DNA from: Botryllus schlosseri
Taxonomy: Eukaryota
DNA length: 64,000 nucleotides
Direction: 5' to 3'
Assembly (NCBI GenBank): GCA_051294905.1
Contig: CM119377.1
Location: forward strand, 3,844,001 to 3,908,000
The notes under the pieces are model-generated. The model was not told where the DNA came from. It worked only from the letters and a program-made list of their open reading frames with translations, and did no database searches. Shown piece by piece: positions 11,955 to 24,179 of this stretch. The first letter of the stretch is position 1. Each line of letters starts with the position of its first letter. The translations under genes and the position numbers were made by a program.

Positions 11955-13372
11955 AATAGCTCAGAATGTTCAACTGAAATGAAATTTTTGCTGAAAATTT
12001 TGGTGATAATTTTTGTAAACGTACGAGAAGGTTGTTCGCAATTACCAGGGTCTTAGGCGCCGACTTACGAGGTTACGAGGTGCCGCAGCCACCTCGTGAC
12101 CATATTTACGAGGTGGCGGCCACCTCGTACAAAATGCTCATGCTCATGCGCCTAAGTCATTTGTGACCAGTAATTAGTAATCAGACGAATTGATGCGACC
12201 TCGTTAGAGACGTCTTCGATTTTGATACGCGCGTAGTTTCGGGGGTCGAACTTCCCTATTTGAAACGCGAAACCCCGTCACATCATACTAACTCTAATAT
12301 TCAGCAGTTGCCATTCAATAATTGTGTTAACAGTACTCCGCGCGGCTGATTTGCAAGAACCGTGTTGTCAATTAATTAGAAGAGTCTGTGATGATCTCCC
12401 GCTGAGATGGTCGCGAAATTAGGTCATTCATTCCCGTGCGCGTGACAATCGTCACTAGCCTTGCTTATCGCGTCTCGAACAAGCCTGGTTCCGCAGGCTT
12501 GAACAATCGCATCTGCAATAGGCCCAGTTGACACTATATCATCGCTTGCCTACCCAATCGCATCTGCATTGGCCGCTTCGGCCTGGTGCGCACGATTTCA
12601 TCGCTGGCCTACACAATAGCATCTGCAATAGGTCTGGTGTGAAAGATATGATAGCTGGCCTAACTATCGCGTCTCGGGCCTAGCATGCTTGGGCTCCTAT
12701 CTCTCGCTGGTTTGGAGACAATGCGGTCGCGTTTACGCTAATTAGTGATTGTTTTATGTCATATTGATTAAAAAACGACATCGCTAAACTGGATAACATC
12801 GAATCGCTGCAAACAGACTTTAACGTGCGTAATTGATTCCCGCTAATACTTGAACGTATTAATCCGAAGATATGATCATGGCTCGAGTTCTGAAAGACGA
12901 CAAAGGTTTGAAATCGGTGTCATCAAGTTCGGACATTCTGATTTGCTAAAATTGTCGCCGAGACTGCGAAATACGCGCGCGTATTTAATTGTTCACCAAA
13001 GATCAGCGCTCGCTAATTGACAGCGCTCCCGGACTCTTTGGCAAGCTTATCATACGCCTAAAATCGTCAATACGAAGAGATTACATGATCGCCATTTACA
13101 CATGTACTTGACCCGAATTGAATTGACGCTATATTGGTAAATTTCTAAAAAATCTAAATCCCCGTAATTTTTCGACTGGCTACGCGCCTAGCGTGTGCTG
13201 AGAAGCACCATCCTAGATCTTCTCTCCCGACCAAGCGCCCAAATAGACGTTCTGCTTTTCTGAAATCAGAATTATGTGCGCCCACGTTCGTTTTAAAAAC
13301 CATTCATGAGCTATAGCTAGCTTCATGATAGTCTTGGTAATCGCAGCGCGAAATCGGAGGGTGTGTTGCTGT

Positions 13373-13889
13373 TAGGGCCGGGCACAATGATTCGAGTACT
13401 CGAATCTGAATCGAGTAATAATTTTAATGATTCGAGTCGAGTAGTAAAATGTGATTTTTTCGAGTACTGAAATCATACACTCCACGCAACTGAAAGTTAG
13501 TTCATCAACCAAACTTATAGTTTCGATACTATATTTCACTGTTGAAGCCTTGGAATTTTGATTGGTCGTATCGTAACATACGAGATATACAGTAAAAGCT
13601 ACGAACGCTACTGGAAATAGCACATTTTCGAAGTCATGATCATCCCACAACATTGTTACCAAGTGCAATGAAATCGGTATGGTCGAAAAATACCAAAGTA
13701 TCTTTAATGTGATGGATAGAAGGCATTACATTCTTTGTGGTCTCATAAAAGGTACATATTTGAACTTGTTGACATATCACCTGCTGTTATGACGTCATAA
13801 TGAGTGATACTCGATTACTCGACTCGAATCGAAGCATATTCAGTGATTCAGAATCGAATCACTCAGGTACTCGATATTGCCCAGCCCTA
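13373..13889. mobile_element. hAT-type MITE (TAGGGC termini, ACTCGA motif arrays)
   Basis: TAGGGCCGGGCACAAT ... ATTGCCCAGCCCTA; degenerate TSD GTTGCTGT/GTTGATAT. Confidence 0.8.
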
Positions 13890-14409
13890 GTTGATATGTG
13901 CCTGCGCAGATTCGTATCTCTAACAAGGCTTTGCCAGTTACATTAATCGGGAAATGCAGCAATACAGCTTAAACACCGATATAATGAGAAAACAATTGTC
14001 GCCACGAAAGCTACTAGTTACGGTGTCAGACTCAAAACCCATTCGTGGCGACACTGATTAGAATACACGCTTTCTCATTTGCCATCATGCATATTTCTTG
14101 TTATCTACTTGATACATTCGTACTCCGAAATTGTCGCACAAAGTCATTTTTCAGTGTTCCTTTCAGTATTGACGTGCAGTGGGCCATGCCATGCCATTGT
14201 CAAATATTGATGCATCACAAGATTCTGGGTGGCACAAATTCTGATTTTATTCGATTCGTTTATACAGGGAACCTTAATAAACTTGATTGCTGGATGTACT
14301 CGTAACGACAACAACAATATAGAATATTAAACTATTAGGCATTAGATAGACGTTCGATTTCTATTGATAAGATCGCGGCATGCGCCCGGAAGTGGAATTA
14401 ATTCTAACC

Positions 14410-14530
14410 CAGAGGTGGCCAACCCGCGGCCGTAGAAGGAAATTTGTGCGGTCGTCAACACGTAATTCAATTAGTATGTGTTGGCGGCCTTCGACCTCGA
14501 CAAGCAGATTGAATTTGCGAATTGACCGAT
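14410..14530 (+). mobile_element. 5' end of a Charlie-like hAT MITE family (second copy starts at 18223)
   Basis: CAG(A/G)GGTGG..AA...GCGGCCGTAGAAGGAAATTTGTGC...ACACGTAATTCA shared between 14410 and 18223. Confidence 0.7.
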
Positions 14531-15527
14531 ATACTCCCGAAATGCTTCGCGAACGTAAATCGGGAAATGCACCAACGCCGCCCAAATCGCTGTTTTAATC
14601 AGCTAACAATTGCCGCGATGCGAGTTGGTCAAGCAAGAAACCGCAAGACACAATCACTGATTGGCTGCGCGATTTCGCGTTTGTAATCATCATTATTGTC
14701 TGCTTGAAGTATTCGAGCGTTGTCGCGTTGTCGTTACTAGCAACACCAGTGCGTAGTGTATTTCGTTACTCACTCACCTCACACGGCGCATTACGTGTGA
14801 ATAACATTGATGCAACTGCAGATTCTCAGTGACGTAAATGCTGATTTTTGTTCGATGCATTTCGTCGTGGACGGACTGGTAGCGCAGGCCGCAGTTATAC
14901 TTTCGAATGATCGTACCGTTTTGAGATTCCATTTAATAACTCGACTGTATGGTTTGATATTAATGAGTGCAGGACCGATATAAAAACGTCACGCGAATGG
15001 TTTAACGGTGCACGCACACCAGCGGCATGTAGTAAAGTGCGTTTTCATGCGACGATGACGTCATCGATATGGAACAATTATGACGTCACAAGACTTCGCC
15101 ACCTCGTCAAAAAATAAAAGTCGGCGCCTGGTCAGGGATATATGGGAGGATACGGAATAAAAGTTGAACTATACGATATGGATACAATGTACGTACAACA
15201 CCATACACAAGAGACAATGCGATGCAATAAGCAGATAGCAGGATGTCGGAATTACCAAATCGCGGTCTTTAATTTGACATCCACGTCGGCCTACAGTGCC
15301 CGATATATCACATGGTATGCGGTCTTGGTCTTTCGGCAGTCATTTCAGATTTGATGAGGTAGCCGCTTTCGGCTCTACATATAGGAATGAAGGACATAAA
15401 TATACCGACTTGCAACGACTCTACAATACGACCGGAAGCATTTACTTGCAGCGTTAATGCATACCCTAGAAATCCCAAACCGAAAGATAACAAATCATGG
15501 GCAAATCGAAACTTTAGAATCTCTTAC

Positions 15528-18500
15528 CCATTATCTTTATCGACTTTTCCACAAGAGACTTGTATGTCGTTTCGTCTGCCATGTCAGCAACGATATATTC
15601 CGCTTGCGCAGCGCCGAGCTCAAGGCATTTAGCTGCGACCTGGACGGTAACACAAATTAATTCGGATATGTTCTGCCAGAACCAGTGTCGCTTGCTTATT
15701 TATTATTATTACTACGTATAAAATCATTAAGTGGTACCTTTCGCGTAAAATTCAATAAAGTTTGCTTATTTCAATCTTCATTGTTTGCTTGTGTACAATG
15801 CTAAGCAAGCGATAGTTTATGGGACTGCGGATGATAACTGTGAAGCGGATATTCTAACAAACCGATTCTGCATTGCGACAGTCCAGGCCAGTGGTTCCCG
15901 ACCTTTTTGGATCTCGGAGTCGCATTTCAAACTTCAGAGTACGTATGGAGCCACATGAAAACACTCAAGTAGGCTACTTATAACGAAAATTTAAAAGTAG
16001 CTAGCCTACCTCTGCGTCTCACCATCCAACTAATTCAAAGGCATTTACAGACATCTATATAGATCAGTGGTTCTCAACCTTTTTTTTTGACACGCCCCCC
16101 TTTTTGATAGTGAAAAATTTCGCGCCCCCCTCATCGTCATATTACAAAATCCAACTGGGATGCTAGCAACCCCACCAGATTGTTTGGTGGTATGGTCGGT
16201 TACGAATGTTGCTGAGAGAACAAAAAATATGAAATTCGGTCTATATAGAGAGAAACACGTCTGCATTGGAGGTAAATCGCGCGGAGCGCGAAAAATGTTT
16301 TCAGGTGACCGCTTCTTCGCGCCCCCTTCAGATGTTACACGCCCCCCCCCCCCCAAGGGGGGCGCGCCCCCCGGGTTGAGAACCCCTGATATAGATTCTA
16401 TATCGGTTATTTTTGCACTGACAGACGCAGATTGACGAGCGCTATATATTGAGATAAACTGAAGATGCATATCATTACTATCCAACATACTAGTATGCCG
16501 TTATGTAGTAGCTCTTCATACGTATTAGCACATTGGACTGCATTGCACATTGTAGAACTTTGTGGGCGATTATACGCTGAGTAATATTGGAATTATTTCA
16601 ATTTATAGTTGACTATGAGCCGTTATTTTTATGCTAGTAAAATTGAGTCGACATTTACTCTTCAGAGAAACGGTATATAAAACTGTATGGGTGTTCAACT
16701 ATTCATACATGCGTTTGACGCTAGTCTGCAAGAATTCTCTCTCCCGGTTTTCAGAAGCGGCCTTGGACGGCTTTAGATTTAACTAATATCCCACATTTTA
16801 GCGTTCATATACAGAACTTGACGTAACTATTCATAGAAACAAACAACAACAACTGTTTTCTATTATCATATTTCTGTCGCATATTTAGAGGTCAACCAGA
16901 GCCGCAAGATGGCTAGCTTGGAGCCACGGTTAGGAATCACTGGCCCAGGCTCACTTTCCATGCAAAAGATTTGGTCTAGCATGGTAAAGTCGTATCCAGC
17001 AGTGACAAATCTGTGTTTCAGGGGGGGTTGCGAGCAGGGTTTTCAAGCGTGTACATTTCCACAGCAATTTCAAGAATAGATTTACTCGTGAAGAACTAAC
17101 GACCTCATTCTTCGCATTAAATGTGTGAAATGATTTTCGTAATGTTAAATACTTAGCTTGCTGTGTTGTTTTTCCTTTTCAATTGCGTACACTTGTTGCT
17201 ACATTATATGCTCAAAGGGTACCCCATACATGCATATAAATCGAATTGGCATACGCAACTAAAGAAAACTTTGGGAACTCCTGATGTAGATCAACCCTAT
17301 CAGTTAGTGACTCTATTTTAAACATACGGCCACCCATCGCGTACCTTTTTCAAAACTTGCTCTCGACGGGCAGTGATGACAATTTTCGCTTCACGTTTAG
17401 CGTATTGGTAAGCGATTTCTTCTCCGATGTTTTGACTAGCGCCAGTTACAAGAACCTTTTTTCCTCGTATAGAACCTTTACCAGAAAATATATTTCTTAT
17501 GTTATCGTGCAATGGCAAAACAGACGCCATCTGAAGGCTAATGCAGCATGATCCTATCCATACAACCTACAGGTGCGAACTGCGGACTATGAGGCGTCTG
17601 CATTTCTACGCCGGGACACACCAATACATTTAAAGTTTCAGCCAAGATGCGATTTCGTGAAGTGAACTCCCAGAAAGATTAACGGCAATAAAATCTTTGC
17701 ACGAAATGACCGAGGCATGTTGGCCGAGACCTTCGATGTCTATATGTCCAGGCGCAGAAATTACCGGCCACGAATAATCCTGTCCTGGCAATGGGAGCCC
17801 GGCGACACAAATGCATAGCAAAATATTCCACACTGTTGAAAATGCAAATTTGGAATGCGTCTCGTCAAAGGATTTTTTCGTTTAGTCTGGTCTGGTACGT
17901 GAGAGGAATACCTTTACCTATATTTAGGTAGCGAAATCTTTACAGGATATCACGAAATAGCAGCATTCTTCGACAAAGTAACACATACCAATATGCCTGC
18001 CGGAAGCTATCCACCCAGAAACTCAACACACACCTGAAGTATTTTTACATCGTGTATATAAAGAGGATTTAGCTACCACCCATGGGAACACTCTGCAGGA
18101 CGGCAAATTATAGACAAAATATACAATTAAAAGCCGTCGAATATTTCGCGTACCACTTGAAAAGGTATCGGGTATACCACAAGTACCATGCATATCACAA
18201 TTTAAGAACCACAGGACTAGAGCAGGGGTGGACAAACTGCGGCCGTAGAAGGAAATTTGTGCAACCGTCGACACGTAATTCATAATAGTATGTGATGGCG
18301 GCCGTCGACACGGAAATTGAATTTACGAATTGACTCCCTAATGTTTGAGAGATTTTAATGAATCTTGATATTTTCTGAGCTCTTCGCGATTCAATGCGGC
18401 TTCATTTTCATCAGCTACGGAAACCCAATTAAGGGATTTCGTCTTGAAACAATTAAAGTCACAAATGTCGATTCAATGAATGAAAGTCCGTGGTCGAAAA

Positions 18501-18757
18501 GTCTGTATGCTGCATTACGACCAATGGAGGTTTTTAGGCGTCCGCTGTGGAAAATAGTATCGAGACACAGAGTAAACTGCGCGTGAAGTGTTACGAATTG
18601 ATCTTGGAGTACTGGTTGATTCGACAGATGATAATAGTTAATGCGTGATATCAGTAATATAGCTTCACTTACTCGAATCCACGTTCCCGTAAAAATAGGA
18701 ATATGCTGCGAATGATAATGCAGACACAAGCAGCACATCCAACCATCTAACCATCAT
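15528..18757 (-). CDS. HSD11B1L: 11-beta-hydroxysteroid dehydrogenase type 1-like short-chain dehydrogenase; exons 18757-18673, 17475-17345 and 15639-15528; 3' half not found (possible pseudogene)
   Basis: Spliced product MMVRWLDVLLVSALSFAAYSYFYGNVDS-SSIRGKKVLVTGASQNIGEEIAYQYAKREAKIVITARREQVLKK-VAAKCLELGAAQAEYIVADMADETTYKSLVEKSIKIMG. N-terminal membrane anchor; GT-AG sites with consistent phases; the 131- and 112-bp exon sizes match the HSD11B1 family structure as recalled. Confidence 0.8.
16065..16388. mobile_element. hAT MITE (CAGTGGTTCTCAACC family) in the SDR intron
   Basis: CAGTGGTTCTCAACC...GGTTGAGAACCCCTG; perfect TSD ATATAGAT. Confidence 0.92.
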
Positions 18758-19704
18758 GAATGGTGAGCAAAGGCTACCTGAAATTGTCGTCACCTAGTCA
18801 AATAGTCTCAGAAGAGTATTTGCCAGCGTACTGTATAATTTCACTTGCTGTTTAACGAATATAGCGTGAGCGAGAGAGAGAGAGAGAGACAGACAGAGAA
18901 AGCCGCACTACACAGCGACATCTGCCGGAGTCAATCGGCTACAAATAGTTGCGACTTGGAGTTGAAACCGCAATAACTACATCACCATATTATCACCATT
19001 AATACTATTAGTAAGTAATATATCATGACCAAATGCTGGTCTGAATGTGCAACATTCTCAAAGAAGAAGGCGCGTCTTTACATTTTTGGTGTATCACTCG
19101 TTTGGAATTGACCAAAATGTAAATCCACGCATATTTCGGCTCATTGGCGAAGGCACCGTCGACGGACGCTTTGAGTTTATATCGAGTACGCGCGACTTCC
19201 CAATTTATCACTGTTGTCACGATAAAGTAGCCACTTGCCACTATCGCCACTGCTGTATTAACGATGATTACAGTTTCGATACTTTCTTTTCGCCGTGGAA
19301 GCTTTTAAATCACCACGGTATTCAAAACATGTAGCACAAGGCGTTGGCGGAATAAACGACATAATGTAGTGATCGACCAGCAGCATTGTCATAAAGGCGC
19401 TATGAAATAGTAATGGTCGAAAATACTTAATTATCTTTATTGTAGTGTAACTGGCCCTATTTCGTATCCGGTGGCAGAATAGTTACAGATTTGTACTTTC
19501 CAAGTCACCCATACTGATATGACGTATCAAGCTAATCAATGAGGGAATGTGTTTTTTGCTCTGCACTGCATGTTGGCCGTTGCAACTACACGAATACACG
19601 ATTCGGACCGTCGGTTGTTTCACAGCGCTGCGATTGTCGGATTATTAGTCAACAATCAGCGAGGCGGATGACAATGACGTGACAGTGAAAATAGCGACAT
19701 CGCA

Positions 19705-19712
19705 ACTTCCGG
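19705..19712. promoter_or_regulatory. ETS/GABP-type motif in the divergent intergenic region between the SDR gene and the REP-repeat gene
   Basis: ACTTCCGG, ~245 bp upstream of ATG 19957. Single motif only. Confidence 0.3.
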
Positions 19713-19956
19713 TGAATTAGTACATGCATAATGCTCGGATGTCAAGGGCTGTTATGACTTACGACACGGCTCGCAGAACAGATTCGGGTTGCTAACAGAA
19801 ACATTACGTAAGTTCTTCCTGATTCAAAAGTTTACATGTAGCATATATTCTCAATATTTGTATACGGCCTTTTGTACGAATGGCTTATGTTCCACTGAAG
19901 TCGGATACATAATCCCGTTCTTGACTAATTTTACCATCGCATCTCGTTTATTAACA

Positions 19957-22116
19957 ATGGAATTCGGAAAATTCGAAGGAATGATCTCGAAACTAAAACA
20001 ACTCGTTGCAGATAGCGACAGTAGCGATTCTAGCGACATGGAACAAACCAAGGAAATATCCGATGATGAAAAAGTTCTTGCAACACTTCGCCAACTTTAC
20101 GTCCTCAGTAAAGTGAGAATATTCAATGTGGCAGATCATATTGCAGCCGGTGAAGTAACAGAATCAACGCCGATTTCGGAGCACTACTCGACGGTGGAGA
20201 CACCCATTGCGGACTCCTGGGATTTTCGCTTAGGCGACATCGTCCGGATGAAATATGCCTTCCGGGACTTTAAGAATATACAATCATCTACAGTTGGCTG
20301 GAATACAAAACTCAGCACCATTCACGGCGTCGACGCCATTGTGACAGGAAGGTGGAGCTGTTACGATCATGTAATCGTGATCTATACACCATCTACGTTT
20401 TCGACAAGTCGTGTATATGCCGGACTCCTCGATAGAACCAAGCGCGGCGCGACTAATCAAGCAGTTACCGTTGAAAGACAATGGAGCGTGGACGAATATG
20501 TCATGTTGACGAAAGACTTGGCGGTGGTGGAAATTATGCAGCAACGCCTTGATATAATTCCTCGGAGATATCTTGGTAGACGAGGTAGGATCGTCGCGAT
20601 TACCAAAACAGCTGTAATCATGACGTTCAACGAGAGGACAAGTTTTTGCGTTAATTCACACTTGCTGTTGAAAAGCAATGACCAGAGTTCCCTCAGTACA
20701 GAAACAAGGTCACACGATGACTTTGCGATAGGAGAGACCGTCGTAGTAATAAGTGATATTAAAACACTGGTAAAGAACCAAAAAGGGTTCGGCGGATGGA
20801 ACGAATGCATGACCAATCTCGCAGGTAAAACTGTAAGAGTCATCCACATATGTAAAGACAACCGGCTTCGTGTACAGCACAAACTGGGATTGAGTTGGGA
20901 GATAAACCCGAAATCTGTGTATAGTTTGCATGATCCCGTAACGAAACAACAAACTAGTAACTATTTTGATTACATTTCGGGCGATGTCGTAAAAGTGAAA
21001 ATGTCATCAAGGTGGAAAAAATTGTTTAAAAGACAGAACATCCCTTACTCCTTTTTGTCATATTTGGAGTCCACGGCAGAAATAAAGGGAATCAACAAAG
21101 ATTTGTGTTATCTAATCACCTATAACAGAGGTCAGGGCGTCCCGATACATGAATCCAACATTCAAAAAGCAACTGAAAGAGAAAAAAGCCTTCAACAATT
21201 TATAAAAAACGATATCAAAGATATGAAACCCGGATCGCCGGTTTATCTAGATGTCGGTCCGCCACGTTTTGTCCAAGCGATACTAAGAGAGTGTAATGTG
21301 CATCGCGAAATAGTCGACGCGTTAACTAGGCCGTCCACGTTTATCGGATACGCACACGACGGTAAAGCAGTTATCCAATACCGAAATGGTAAGAGATACA
21401 AGATCAAGATTAACTATCTTACAAAACCCGAAAAATACGATGATCACGATCCTCCGGAAGGAATGGATTACGAAACGGCAAAGGAAGTGCAGAAAACAGT
21501 TGAGCGTTGTGTGAAGACGTTGTCAGCTCGCAACGAATCAAATGATTCCGGAGTCAAGCCGGTACAGTTACTATCGCTCTCTATAAACCCAACTCCTACC
21601 ATACATTTACGCGTGCAATCCGCCGGGGATCTACGCCGTGAGTTATCGGCGTTACTGGTGAAACAGTTCAATTGGGAAAGTACGTCGAAAAGTCGCGACT
21701 GCAGTGTATTTCACGCAAGAAAACTGCAGACGTTTCACAATAGGATCCGAATATCACTTCACTTTGATCAACACTCCCAATCGGACTTGGACGACATAGA
21801 ATTGGACAGGCACGAACCGAAACGAAATGAATGTGACACTTCGCGCGTTGTGTCCAACGCTGAAAGTTTGGTCGGAGCGGATCCCCGATTCAAGAATTTC
21901 AAACCTCCCGCTACATTGGAAGGTTTCAATTACTTACCTTTTCCTAGTGACGGAACGGGTGCTACTGTGTATATCCCATATTACGTTTCTGGGAGACTGG
22001 AACGTTCTGCCTTCAAAAATTTCGCGGAACTGCGGGACAAAATATCGGAGAAGTCACATAACATCAATGTATTCAATATAGGAAATATAGCGAATTTGAA
22101 TAATATAAATAACTGA
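19957..22116 (+). CDS. Intronless ~719-aa protein with five Mind bomb REP (SH3-like) repeats; no ZZ, ankyrin or RING domain
   Basis: Uninterrupted frame from 19789; first ATG at 19957 (acaATGG). Repeat 3, DFAIGETVVVISDIKTLVKNQKGFGGWNECMTNLAGKTVRVIHICKDNRLRV...SWEINPKSV, matches the recalled MIB1 REP pattern. Four more degenerate copies start near 20218, 20482, 20971 and 21223. Confidence 0.8.
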   Translation: MEFGKFEGMISKLKQLVADSDSSDSSDMEQTKEISDDEKVLATLRQLYVLSKVRIFNVADHIAAGEVTESTPISEHYSTVETPIADSWDFRLGDIVRMKYAFRDFKNIQSSTVGWNTKLSTIHGVDAIVTGRWSCYDHVIVIYTPSTFSTSRVYAGLLDRTKRGATNQAVTVERQWSVDEYVMLTKDLAVVEIMQQRLDIIPRRYLGRRGRIVAITKTAVIMTFNERTSFCVNSHLLLKSNDQSSLSTETRSHDDFAIGETVVVISDIKTLVKNQKGFGGWNECMTNLAGKTVRVIHICKDNRLRVQHKLGLSWEINPKSVYSLHDPVTKQQTSNYFDYISGDVVKVKMSSRWKKLFKRQNIPYSFLSYLESTAEIKGINKDLCYLITYNRGQGVPIHESNIQKATEREKSLQQFIKNDIKDMKPGSPVYLDVGPPRFVQAILRECNVHREIVDALTRPSTFIGYAHDGKAVIQYRNGKRYKIKINYLTKPEKYDDHDPPEGMDYETAKEVQKTVERCVKTLSARNESNDSGVKPVQLLSLSINPTPTIHLRVQSAGDLRRELSALLVKQFNWESTSKSRDCSVFHARKLQTFHNRIRISLHFDQHSQSDLDDIELDRHEPKRNECDTSRVVSNAESLVGADPRFKNFKPPATLEGFNYLPFPSDGTGATVYIPYYVSGRLERSAFKNFAELRDKISEKSHNINVFNIGNIANLNNINN

Positions 22117-22379
22117 GCTAAATATATTCTTGTTTATTGTAGATTAATAGAACCACTTATCTGGAATGATATGCCTATTCATCACTTGCCCGCCATTCGT
22201 ATTTTTATCTGCATGCATCTTTTTAACGCGTACTTCTGTTTGAATTAGTATTTGTGTATGAATATAGTCAAGGTGGGAATTTAATTGATCCACTTAACCG
22301 GATCGATTTTCTATAGTGTTCTATTCGGGTGAATTCCTACGCCTATGAGCTATAGCAGCATTGCAATATCGGTGTTCAA

Positions 22380-24028
22380 TAGGGTTGTCCAAAATTTGGA
22401 AAATCTCAAAAAGTCTCCGTGATTGTGTCTCATTCTATAGATTATTGATAAAAAAAAAAACAATTAGCCTGAAAGAAGCTTACAGGAAAGCCGTGAAGAT
22501 TTCGGTCAAAGCGTTTGAAAGTAGCTGCTCAAGAATGGGCGTGCCACTGACCATAGAACGGCGAGAAGACTTGTAATCGAATAACCACGGCTCTTGATTG
22601 GCTAATCGGCTATGCTTCAATGACCACGGCAGCAGCAGCTTGCTGATCAAGTGTTCAATAAGTCTGCTACCGGCGGGGATTCTGAGTGCGCATTGTTAGT
22701 AGTTTGGCAGGTGATGATTTAAGATTAATTCAGGACATGTTGAGGTACGAAATACATGATGAACAAACAACACCTGCTTCACAGAAGCTTTTACAGCATG
22801 ACTTCTTCATTGTGAAGGAAACGGCTGAAGCCTACATATCGTGTTTTCATCGAGAGAAAGCAAAGGCGGTTATGCAAGTGTTGAGCGAATTCACCGTTTC
22901 AGTACGGATCCACCATCAGTGAATACAAATATATAAAGCTTAACAATGACACTATACGTTGTGTGATCTTATTGGGCTTAAGCTGTAGTATATAGGTGAC
23001 GTTTTGAATGCTCTAGGGATCGGCGGAATCAGCCGGTTATGCTTGGCCCTTATCATGCAGATGCTTACAACAAATTGAATGCACTTGTAGGCGTTGTGAA
23101 AGTCCTTGATGATAACGCATAAAAGAGGTGGTAATGTACGCACTCTCGCACAGGCTGTGCTGGATATGGTATGTCAAAGTCCTTATTGATCCCGCAGAAA
23201 AGAGGTGTAAAGAAAAGCACAGACTATGCTGCATATAGTATCCAGCAGAGTTTGGATATCATATCCAGCATAGCCTGTGCTTACCTTAAACCTCTTTTCT
23301 GCAGCATCATTAAGGACTTTGACAACTCTTATAAGTGAATTCAATTTGCTGTAAGTATAACTGCCAAGCATAACCGGCCGATTCAGTCGATCCCTAGAAC
23401 CTTCAATGCTTCACTATATACTACAACTTGGATCCAATAAGATCACACATAGTATAGTGTCATTGTTAAGCTTTATATATTTGTATTCACTGATGGTGGA
23501 TCCGTACTGAAACGGTGAATTCGCTCAACACTTGCATAAGCGCCTTTGCTTTCTCTCGATGAAAGCACGACATGTAGGCTTCAGCCGTTTCCTTCACAAT
23601 GAAGAAGTCATGCTGTAAAAGCTTCTGTGAAGCAGGTGTTATTTGTTCATCATGTATTTCGTACCTCAACATGTCCTGAATTATTCTTAAATCATCACCT
23701 GCCAAACTACTAACAATGCGCACTCAGAATCCCCGCCGGTAGCAGACTTATTGAACACCTGATCAGCAAGCTGCTGCTGCCGTGGTCATTGAAGCATAGC
23801 CGATTAGCCAATCAAGAGCCGTGGTTATTTGATTACTAGTCTTCTCGCCGTTCTATGGTCAGTGGCACGCCCATTATTGAGCAGCTACTTTCAAACGCTT
23901 TGACCGAAATCTTAACGGATTTCCTGTAAGCTTCTTTCAGGCTAATTGTTGTTTTTTTATCAATAATCTATAGAATGAGACACAATCACGGAGACTTTTT
24001 GAGATTTTCCTAATTTTGGACAATCCTA
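22380..24028. mobile_element. 1.65-kb fold-back (palindromic) hAT-type element
   Basis: TAGGGTTGTCCAAAATT ... AATTTTGGACAATCCTA. Arms are near-identical over ~580 bp, then less similar towards the centre (~23230). GTGTTCAA lies on both flanks, offset on the right by TATA. Confidence 0.88.
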
Positions 24029-24179
24029 TATAGTGTTCAATGTCCTTTTAAAAAGATCGTATCTAACTGGATGAAAAAGCATGAATGAAAATGATTAGCC
24101 ATGCAGACTGACATTTCGCACGCATCATGAAAGTGTACGGATTGTGTGTTGTAAAATCTTGTCTCGGGTCGTGTGATTG

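Larger units (their letters stand above)
12054..15130. mobile_element. Probable composite non-autonomous TIR element with nested MITEs
   Basis: TAGGCGCCGACTT ... AAGTCGGCGCCTG (12/13 inverted match) with ACGAGGT/ACCTCGT subterminal motifs at both ends. No clean TSD, so the two ends may belong to different copies. Confidence 0.55.

Noticed and set aside
16045-16488. 147-aa and 91-aa ORFs
   Set aside because: They lie over a GC-rich MITE and show no protein similarity.
17630-17833. Signal-peptide-like exon as the first SDR exon
   Set aside because: The phase is incompatible with the 131-bp exon; 18757-18673 fits in phase and sequence.
22686-23723. Functional 78-aa ORF pair in the palindrome arms
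   Set aside because: GTG start with an in-frame stop just upstream; the four differences seen between the arms are all non-synonymous.
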